Origin: Lingula anatina
Lineage: Eukaryota; Animalia; Brachiopoda
Length of the DNA: 64,000 bases
Reading direction: 5' to 3'
NCBI GenBank assembly: GCA_051362555.1
Contig: CM120641.1
Location: 15,562,001 to 15,626,000 of the forward strand
Made by a program: the position numbers and the translations under genes. A model generated the notes under the pieces. It worked only from the letters and a program-made list of their open reading frames with translations, was not told the origin of the DNA and searched no databases. Shown one piece after another: positions 52,901 to 61,800 of this stretch. Position 1 is the stretch's first letter; each line of letters begins with the position of its first letter.

Positions 52901-55087
52901 AACTTCATCCCCAACCAGTGTACAACTCCATGTGGAGGCGGCATCCAGTTCCGTAGACGTGAGTGCACAGGTGCGCCACTGGCGTGCCAAGCACAGCAGG
53001 TTGAAGAAGTGAGGACATGTAACCAGCAGCCATGTACTGATGGCAGTGGTACAGGTATGTCTAGCCCTAGCTGTCTTTCACATGATCCAGACAGATTTTA
53101 AATAGCTGAAGACACATAAGGTTTTAGTTGTATTTTTGAAAACAACCTGCTTCTCACTGAACAACAGATATAATGGTAGATGTCTCAAAGATGTTTTTTC
53201 TATTTGATACATTTTGTCATATTAATATACAATTGTAACTTCACTTTTAAATTGTGATAGAAACTACTAAGTCTAAAATGAAAAAAAAATTCTCACCGAG
53301 TCTGTCTTCAATGCATATCAGGTGGAGGTGCAGGAGGCAACTACGAGTGGGGACCCTGGGGACCATGGGGGGTAGTGGAACTGTCATCAGGAGAGTTCAT
53401 CGTTGGAGAATGCACCCTTCCTTGCGGTGGAGGATTCCAGTTTAGGACCAGGAACTGCTCTAGGGGAGAGTGCCCACCACCATTCCCACCAGATGCCAGC
53501 CAATCACAGAGGTGTAATGAGGACCCCTGTGAAGGTGGTCAGGGCGGCCCTGCACCTGGTCCACTCCCTGGACCTCAAGTACCACCCCAGAGTAAGACAG
53601 TGTTATATTCAGGCTGCTTCTATTAGTACTTTGCTGAAGAAAAATGCATTTTGCACATTGTGGGGCTCAAGTAGAATGCTTTTTTTTCTGGCATAAACAG
53701 TACTGCTCACATCTCAAAGTTTTGCTATTTGATGTACGATTGTCATTTTCAAGAGCATGTAATATTCTGATTTTTTACATTCTGTCAATTCCATATGAAA
53801 GACAATTTTTATTGACATATATTTTGATTTCATATGTTTCTCTTTTCCAGTTTCTGGATTTTCCCAATGGACAGATTGGTCTCCTTGCCCAGTCCAGTGC
53901 GGTGGAGGTAACCACACCAGAAGCAGGACATGTGCCTCAGGAGACCCCAGTACCTGTCAGGGAGACCTGGTACAAGGAAAACCATGTAACACCATCAAGT
54001 GCAGTAAGTTATATATTTCAGATATTTTTATTCATGCATTGCAGATATGGAACATTTCATCGTTCTTATGGCAACAATGTCAGAATTACATGAAGTACTT
54101 TGTCATATATACGTTAAAAGAGGTATATCACATACATTATAGGAAACTGTTTTTCAGTTGTTGATAACGAGTGAATTGACCTTCATTTTCGATGCCTTCT
54201 CTTTTTAGATTCTATAGTCAGTGCCAACATGGTTGATGCGCACATAGCACTCAATGGACAAGACTCTGGATTCTCTTTCTTGTAAGTGTTTCTGAAATCC
54301 TATTTACAGTTTAGCATATTTAACTAAACATTTATGAGTTACTTGAATATACATTAAGATTTGAAATGTCATCCTGGGAATGTATAAGAAAATCAAAGTT
54401 TAGTTTTATGTGATGTATTTGTTTTTCTTTGGATGTTTTTTAATTGTCTTATCAATAATATTTTTTAAAATTTGTTCCAGCTGCTGGATAAATCAAGAAT
54501 TTAGCAACCAGTGCACATTCAATTCTCCGGGTGGCACTGCTAATGCCTACTACATGGATGGTAACGATGACAAATCCGAGGTGTACATCCGTGAAGACTT
54601 CACGAAGAACGACTTCACACTCTCTATCTGGGCCCGCCCAGTCCAGGTTGATGACAGAATCCTTCTTGCATACTGGGACTGGCAATTCGCTTGGCGCCAG
54701 AAGTTCCTGTTTGGAATCAAGGACTCCCAGGTTGAAATGAAGGTTCGCAACGAGATGGAGGAGGACCTGTACGATCTCCGTGGTGGTCAAGTGAGAGCTG
54801 GAATGTGGAACCATATTGTGGTCACTTACCAGAAAGCAACCAACACCATGAACATCTACCTTAATGGAGTCAGAGTGGGCAGCCAAACCATCACAGATCC
54901 TGTCAAGAACAAGGAAATTATGCCTATGTATATGGATAGATTTGCACCAGATGTTTTCCAACTTGGTTGGATGCCAAACCCACAGAACGAGCGTGCATAC
55001 AATGGCCATATGAAGGACCTGTTGGTCCTAAATAGGTCTCTGTCAGATAACGAAGTCCGTGCTTTGTTCCAGGAGAACTTGTGGTAA
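16835..55087 (+). CDS. Giant secreted modular protein, about 75 coding exons and about 4,270 aa: signal peptide - ChtBD2-like - TSP1 - 8 FN3 - 31 TSP1 - 4 FN3 - 16 variant TSP1 - TSP1 - LamG/pentraxin-like (automated pipelines might call it SCO-spondin-, hemicentin- or coadhesin-like)
   Basis: A continuous frame can be built from ATG 16835 to TAA 55087 using canonical GT-AG sites. All introns are phase 1 except the last (phase 2). My summed exon lengths give 12,822 nt, divisible by 3. I see no transmembrane segment after the signal peptide. Confidence 0.85.
18526..19651. mobile_element. Non-autonomous DNA transposon (Zator- or PIF/Harbinger-type) in intron 1
   Basis: 34-bp terminal inverted repeats GGCCACACTTTTTTAWTTTTATGGATGACATCCT with 1 mismatch; TTA target-site duplication at 18523-18525 and 19652-19654; no transposase ORF; internal 39-bp tandem duplication at 19141-19218. 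Confidence 0.88.
20205..20603 (+). CDS. Giant gene exon 2: chitin-binding type-2 (peritrophin-A)-like six-Cys domain plus the first TSP1
   Basis: [13 protein letters not shown]...LMKCAYPT...PC...C, then [25 protein letters not shown]...CNSGPC. Confidence 0.75.
20758..27808 (+). CDS. Giant gene FN3 block 1 (8 domains, 15 exons)
   Basis: Exons 20758-20874, 21221-21379, 21556-21666, 22207-22365, 22709-22819, 23780-23938, 24268-24375, 24625-24783, 25076-25183, 25470-25628, 25888-25995, 26318-26476, 26677-26964, 27268-27387, 27635-27808. Motifs NVSW, YYVQYRR, NLxPGTYExRV. Confidence 0.88.
21820..22174 (-). mobile_element. tRNA-derived SINE (central region resembles the Meta-SINE domain)
   Basis: On the minus strand: A-box-like TGGCCTTGTGGTTAGAG, B-box GGTTCAAACC, then AAATGGTACCTGCTGTCTCCCCGCTTGGCACTCAGCATAAAGG, and a 3' AATAAAGA(TTA)n tail. 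Confidence 0.8.
24250..26500 (+). repeat. Tandem triplication of a two-exon FN3 unit including introns (period about 810 bp)
   Basis: Exon starts at 24268, 25076, 25888; near-identical exons and recognisably similar introns. Confidence 0.9.
28127..41262 (+). CDS. Giant gene TSP1 block (31 single-exon thrombospondin type-1 repeats, mostly 144 nt, phase 1-1)
   Basis: Exon starts 28127, 28567, 29021, 29501, 29949, 30400, 30714, 31122, 31436, 31903; 12 array exons (32245-36864); then 37087, 37555, 37966, 38357, 38784, 39164, 39670, 40672, 41104. Consensus WxxWxxCxxxCxxGxxxRxRxC...C...C...C. Confidence 0.9.
32245..36864 (+). repeat. Array of 12 near-identical 144-nt TSP1 exons
   Basis: Starts 32245, 32575, 33004, 33433, 33866, 34291, 34656, 35060, 35487, 35909, 36302, 36721. 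Consensus [47 protein letters not shown]. Confidence 0.95.
40595..40658. repeat. About 17-bp minisatellite (gtgacactgtgttagtt), 3-4 copies
   Basis: Seen directly upstream of the acceptor at 40671. Confidence 0.7.
41452..44224 (+). CDS. Giant gene FN3 block 2 (4 domains, 8 exons)
   Basis: Exons 41452-41571, 41737-41895, 42236-42343, 42650-42823, 43129-43248, 43405-43575, 43798-43917, 44066-44224. Confidence 0.88.
43922..43974. repeat. (CT)n microsatellite
   Basis: Seen directly, just after the donor at 43918. Confidence 0.95.
45004..53591 (+). CDS. Giant gene variant-TSP1 block (16 exons; ten are near-identical and 216 nt long)
   Basis: Exon starts 45004, 45708, 46189, 46728, 47236, 47743, 48239, 48688, 49278, 49720, 50238, 50744, 51515, 52329, 52839, 53322. 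Consensus [60 protein letters not shown] plus a Gly/Thr linker. Confidence 0.9.
45564..45603. repeat. (GTAT)n microsatellite
   Basis: Seen directly. Confidence 0.9.
53851..55087 (+). CDS. Giant gene C-terminus: canonical TSP1 exon, linker exon, and LamG/pentraxin-like (ConA-like lectin/glucanase) domain
   Basis: Exons 53851-54003, 54209-54281 (phase-2 donor), 54481-55087. Motifs [53 protein letters not shown]. Confidence 0.88.
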
Positions 55088-56601
55088 ACGGTCTGTTATA
55101 GGGAATTACTTTGCATTGCACTGAATGTGCAGATTCTTTGCAAACTTTATAGACTCTTTTTGAACTCTTTATCATATTACATACCAAAGTGAGATATATT
55201 ATTGTGATTATTTTCAACTAACATGAATTGTCACTGAAAGGCTTTAGAAGGTTAATGATTATTTTTCTGATTAACATTTTGTAAGAATACAACCAGGACA
55301 ATAAACATGTTATGCTTAATCAAAGATTTTTTTCCTTTTTTCTCCATCTCAACAATTTGTATGATCTAAAATGATAACTTAAAAAGCTTGAAAATAGTCA
55401 TATCTGAATTTTATTAATCCCTTTTTGAGGAATACAAATTAATTTGAATAAGCTTATAAAAAGATGAGAAATACATATATACAACCCACCTGAAAATCGA
55501 TGCATAAAACATTAGTGTACAACCCTGGCTTATCCTCGTAGATGGCACTATTCACAAATATCCATCAAATAAGCTGACTTAGCATATTGAATCTTTAAAA
55601 TTGGTTTACTAAAAAGGGTTTAAACTTGATTAACAAACTTTCATTGAAATATAAATAAATAAAATACAACGACATTTGTAACCAATGTGTGAGTTGGCAT
55701 GTAACATGGTTCAGACAGTGTTAGATGTGACGTGTTGGGTGTTACAGGATGCCGAGTATAATATCACTTGCGACTAAATTGTCAGAGAACCAGGATTTCA
55801 TCACCTAAAAAGGATGTTTTGTGCCTTAAAACAGACTATAAATTTTGAAAGAAGTAAAATAAAGGCAACTTAATCCTGCATACTTAGGGCATTTGGATTT
55901 CAATAGATGATAACAAGCAAGCAATATACATTTACGTCCTGCAAATGAAACTGATATTTCGGGGAGTTTCCTTTTTCAAAGTTATAAACCTGCTGTAGCA
56001 TCATATTTTTTGGCATTTTCTTAAAAATTGCACAAAATATTGAACTTAATAAGGGACTCGTACTAAATTTTACAGCCCCAGTGACACAGGGCTTGCTGCT
56101 GCTTGGAGAACAAATTTTATCCTTTTTCACCCCCTTCATAGTTGGGACTTTGAGAATATTTGATAGTTTATATCAAATTCACATTTCAGTGTGAATATTG
56201 TAGCCTTTTCTATTATAACATATTTGTAAATGGTCCAAGATTCATCTCCAAGCAGTCGCAAACCAGTTGTAACAGGGGATTAATCCACTATTAAACACCT
56301 CTCTCTTTTAGTAAGGCCTCTGTCCATGTGTCTGACAAAGCTAATGAAAATATCACTTTTGACTACAAGAAAAAACTTCAACTAATAGTTCACCTAGGCT
56401 TCTTATATAGAGATATTAAAAGAGAACTAAACTGTGACAGTCCTTCAAGTGTGATTACTGTCACAGACACTTGAATACCACTTAAACTTCCTCAGCAAAT
56501 GCTTTGTCTAGAAAGACATCACAGCAAAGGCATGAGCTAACCCAGAGGGTCCTAGTCTATGCTCAATAAGTAGCAGTCTTTAATCTGGTCTATCATCTTT
56601 A

Positions 56602-58503
56602 TTATATGGTTGTAGGCCTATTAGGATTAACTTTCTGTATTAACCGCTCTCTCTCCCTGTTCATACTAACTAGAAAGTTTTCCAGTCTGTTGTATTTATA
56701 AAGCTGGTATCCACACATCACTGCCTGTACAAGCCAGCAAAGGAACACAGCCCAACTGGCAAACTGGAAAGAATGGATAAGTATAAGAAAAGTGGCTGGA
56801 ACTCAGCCAGAAGCTTTAACAACTTAAAATGTATAACAGTTGAAACAGGGTTACTTGGATAGGAAAGTTTTCCTGTTTTTTTTTTCACTTTATCATCTTG
56901 AAGGTTTATCATAATGTACAACAGAACTGTTTCAGGAAAACTTCACAAATAAAACCTTTCTTTATATTTTACTTTTTATCAAGACAAAGAACAATTGTGA
57001 ATGCAAATCTGTCATCACTTTTTTCTACTTACTTGAGCCATTCCAAACTGGACAAAGTAGCCACTTGTTTTTATATCTGGATAATTACTGATCTTTATGT
57101 CACCAAATGATGAGTCTTCACAGCTGAAAGATTCAAAATGATACATCCTTGATGGTTAATTGCATGTCATCCATGTGTGAAGCACTTTTCATAAAAAAAA
57201 AATATATATATATATATAAGCAAAGTTGTTGAACAAGTTCTAAAAGAAAAATAAAGACATTTTCTTCAAATAAAACTTATTTTATTTTCATTATTTACTG
57301 CAGCACCAAGTAAGGCAAAAACTGAATACCATTGAGCATCAATTTTTAAACTCATATGTTTGAAACCTGAGTCATAAAATTTCTCACATTACTGGATCAC
57401 AGAGCTTATGACATTCTAACAAACTGTGAACTGATGCAAAGTTCTCAATAATTGTTTGAGTGCTAAACAGTCCTCTGCTGAAAACATGCTTACCTGTCTC
57501 TTGCTCCATTATTAGTTATTACATTACACCAGTGAGAAAACCCTGAACTGAGGGTAATGGAGGAGGCAAAAGTCATAACAGTTGCAGCACCACTGACCAA
57601 AACTGCACCAAAAGCTGTTAGCCAGGACCTGGAGAAGTCATTCAAATGTAAAGACTCAGATATGAAATGAGATTTAAACATTACATCATACATGGGCAGG
57701 TCATGTGAACTCCAGGGCCCCGTAACTCGAAAGCATTGCACATTGAGACCATATAATGCATATAATATAATATAATATAATATTTTCACATGTGCCTGTC
57801 ACATGAAAAGAGAGAGATTATAGATACATTGACAAAGTATGCTAACTGAAGCTTTTTTTTTCTAATTTCACTAGCTGACCCAACAATATGACTGCCCATT
57901 AGAGATAACAAACATACATGAATACGTAGTACATGATTATCAATCATAATAATCATCAATAAAGGTTGATTATAAAAGCGTTTATGCAGATTTTTTTTTT
58001 CATCTTGGTTTTAACAATGTTTTTGGTCAAGATGTTACTTCACCTGTGAAACTTTCTGTGTGGGGGTACAAAACTTTAATTTGTACCAGTAAATTGCATT
58101 AATTTTCTTACAAGTTATACACTTGTACTTTAAAAATGACCGTCACAGTGCGCTGGTTCTCAAAACCCAAGGGAAATATCATTCATTCATGTCATGCTTG
58201 ATAACGGGATACTTACGGCTCCCTGTCCTTGTACAAGTGAACTGACATCCATATGAAATAAAAGAAACTAGCAATACATGTCACACATCCAAGAAATATA
58301 CTGAAATCACAGCCGCTGTCTGGTCCAAAACTCACAGTTATTTCGTCGTGTGTTTCATTCCATGTCCCTGATGCAAAAAGCAGACAATGTCCTAGAAATT
58401 GAGACTGATTTGATCCAAGTGGGATGAATAAAAAGAATGAGATTATGAATAAAAGCAAATAGCCTGTCACTTGTGACAACACGAGGACATTTCCTAGTCC
58501 CAT
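56602..58503 (-). CDS. TMEM179: Transmembrane protein 179, 4 exons, about 224 aa
   Basis: Exons 58503-58217, 57628-57494, 57123-57033, 56763-56602. MGLGNVLVLSQV...FLGHCLLFASGTW...C...SGFSHWC...CED...QFGMAQ|FASWAVFLCW...ENFLVSMNRERERLI; TAA at 56604-56602. Confidence 0.9.
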
Positions 58504-58855
58504 CTCTCCGCATATACTCTTTCCGTGTTTTGATCTCGTGACGGGATTTCACAGTATAGCCTCATTCTGACATCAGATACTATAATTGAAAACGGCTATT
58601 TGTCCCGAATACGAGTTTTGGCTGAGGAGAATTTCCCATCCCAGCATCCCAGTGAAATTTGGTTATTTCTCCATGTAACCAAACGTAATATGCATTTAGG
58701 AAGTTTACAGGCCTAGATCTGCATCTTTAAATCCTTATCATTAAGACATTTTGCTTCTTGTTGTGCATTTAATTCTGGTTGTTTTGTTGTCAAGAATAGG
58801 ATACAACGCTGATTTGTCAAGTAAAATAGATTTTAAAACATATGTAGCGGCGTAC
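58504..58855. promoter_or_regulatory. Probable bidirectional promoter shared by TMEM179 and PRPF39
   Basis: Divergent start codons only about 350 bp apart. Confidence 0.7.
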
Positions 58856-61800
58856 ATGGAGTGTTACCCACAGCTCGACATGGCAGACGAACAGGTTGTG
58901 CTGCAGCAAATGGAAGCTCAAGGTAAAGCTCTATAAAGCAATTAAATTAGGTTCATTTAGGTATCTTGCCTTGCATCTATGACTTAAGTCTTTTTCACAG
59001 ATAGCTAAGGAGCGCTGATAATCGTATTATGTCCCCTTTCTAGTCTCAAGTGCTTTTACATATGTGAGAATTTAAAGAAACACGAGACCGAGTGGAATGG
59101 CAATTGTTCCACACATTTCCAGTTACTTTTCTGGTGATGCATGTCGTTGTTAACTGGAAGGTTTTTCGCTACTATATATCTATTTCAGAAACTCACCCTG
59201 TTGCAACAGGGATTTCTACAGTACATGAGGAAACGCCACTACAAAAATACTGGAAAGCTGTGAGGGACAATCCTTCAGATTTTACTGGGTGGACATATCT
59301 GCTGCAGTATGTAGAGCAAGAGGTAGGGAACATTTTATATTATGAACATGAATGAAAATCCTTACAGTTACTAGTTCTGGACTGTTTCAGCAAAATTTTT
59401 GTTTTCTATAATCACACAGCTGTAAATGTTTAGCTAATTTAGAATATAAAATTAAATGCCAAATTGAGGACCTTGTGAAGAATATATTTTAAAATATTTA
59501 AAAACTCTAAAGTATTCTTTAATTGCTAAGTATTATATTTTAGGAAAAGCAAAATGAATGTTCAAAATCTACTTTTCCTTTCTCATAGAGATTTATGATC
59601 ATTTTCATTGTAGGGAAAACTTGAAGAAGTCCGTGAGGCATATGATGCTTTCTTTGGCTGTTACCCATACTGTTATGGATACTGGAAAAAATATGCAGAC
59701 CAAGAAAAAAAGCGTAAAAACCTGGATAAAGCAGAAGAGGCAAGTTTCATAGTTGAGGATTGTTAATGAGCATACATTTATTGACTTGGAAATAAGTACA
59801 GTAATGACAGTGCTCACTCTGTTTAAGCTTTGATACAAAGATTGTGATAAAACAGTTGCGTTTTTGTATAATTGATGAGATTTTTATGATACAAAAATCT
59901 CATCAATATACTACTGTTATGTTTTCATTTCTATACTTTTAGTTCTCAACATGACCTCAAATGGGAAGCACATTGGAAGAGTGGATGCAACTCTTCTGTA
60001 GACATTTATCAATTTTTTAATGATCGTAAAATTCAAATACTGTCATGGTGTAAGCCACAATGACTACATCATATGGACTGCCTGCGTCACCATAGGAACA
60101 AGCCAGGAAAAAGAAGACATCAGCTGACATGGCATCCAGGTGGTTGCATTGAAATCGTGTCAAATTATGAATTTCCAGTTGACATTAGCATCAATTTTGC
60201 TTCCTTTTCCTTTTTTCTACCATTTTGTTTAATTGCAGCTTATACATTGCAGGTGTATGAACGAGGACTTCAAGCCATCCCCCTGAGTGCAGATTTGTGG
60301 CTAAATTATATAAGCTTCATTAAAAGTAAATATGCAGATGCAACAGATCTGGAACAGCGAGTTCGGAGGTAGGGATCCAGTCCCACATATTTAATACTTT
60401 TATTTGTCCTATCATAACATCTTAACAGAATCTTAGGATTTATGTAGTCTGTTAGTAGTTATGAATCCCTTGGGTACATTTGTATTGATTTGTGTAGGGA
60501 ACAATAACTATCACGGTGTTTCTTTTGTTTTGCACATATTTTCATGTGAGCAAAAAATACAATTTACCAAATTAAGCTTGATGTTCTTCTCTTAAAAAGT
60601 TGTTCTTTTAAATCATTTCCCAATGTCCTGAACATAAAGTTATTTTATATAGGCCTTCCTTGGTAGATTTAATACAAAATAATGATAATTTTGCAGAATA
60701 TTTGAGAGGGCAATCACAGCTGCTGGGACTGACTTCAGATCTGATAAACTTTGGGATGCATTTATCTCCTGGGAGAAAGAAGCCAATAACTGGCAGAGAG
60801 TGCTGACATTGTATGACCGTCTCATTGCAATACCAACTCAACTATACAGCCATCACTTTGATAAGTGAGTTGTAATGTGGTGAAACTCCTGGAATGGAGT
60901 TATCTGATGGGTTTTTGTTAAATATGTCATTTTGATTAACGTATAATATTATTTATGTTTTAACTATGTTGCTTCGTAGTGTGTCGTACTTTATTTTGTC
61001 AGGAGTTGTTTTCTTATAATATTTTATATCATCACTCTTGCAGTTTATGGATATTGCTATACTTAGTTAATGGGTATTAATGGCCAATTAATATGGGCCC
61101 TGTTATATCTTTTTCAAATGTAAGAACCTTTCTGGTGCATAGTTAAATGTTTCCCATCTGGTTAATAAGTAATGCTGTCAAAATTGTTTTTCAGTCTAAA
61201 GAACTTTGTATCAGAAGTGAAACCAAAAGAGATTCTTAGTTTAGATGAGTTCTTGAAGTTAAGACAAGAAGTAGTTGCAGAGCTTGGGCAGACTACTACT
61301 AATGAAGACTTGGGAGAGGATGGAGCCCCAGGGATGGAGGATGATGCACCCCCTGGGTTAGATGATGCACCCCCTGGAATGGAGGATGAGACCTTTAAAT
61401 CAGAATCTTCACATCCAAAAGAAAGCAAGTCTGATAAAGACAAAAATGTAGGTTTATTTCATTCACCTTTTTTTAATGAAATCAATAAAAAATTAGGAAA
61501 AGTGAAAAAGGTATCAAACTAGCCAAGAATCAAAAGTGGAGAGAAAAGTATGCAAATTGTAATTTGCTTCAATGGCATTGTTATATTTTTCATAAGTAAT
61601 AACTAATACTTGGATTTTTGGGACCCAAGTGTGTTCACTTGGAAAATCCCGACTTTCACTTTGTTTTTGTTAAGCATGATGATCCAGAGACCAAGCTGCT
61701 AAGAGATAAAATCATTAGTGCTAGAGAAGCCATTTACAGAATCACAGAAGAGGAAGTTAGTAAAAGATGGAATTTTGAAGAAGGAGTAAGCATATAAAAC

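Noticed and set aside
54452-55009. 185-aa antisense ORF
   Set aside because: Shadow of the LamG exon with no recognisable motifs.
16835-55087. Calling the giant gene SCO-spondin, hemicentin, ADAMTS or properdin, or claiming Dscam-style mutually exclusive splicing
   Set aside because: The diagnostic VWD, LDLa, Ig, EGF and protease domains were not seen; I found no docking-site/selector complementarity by eye, and near-identical exons would add little sequence diversity.
60054-60134. Intronic C/D snoRNA in PRPF39 (human PRPF39 hosts SNORD127); short GCCA/TGGC stem and CTGA seen
   Set aside because: The box C candidate (ATGACTA) is degenerate and I recognise no rRNA-antisense element; a snoscan or Infernal run would be needed.
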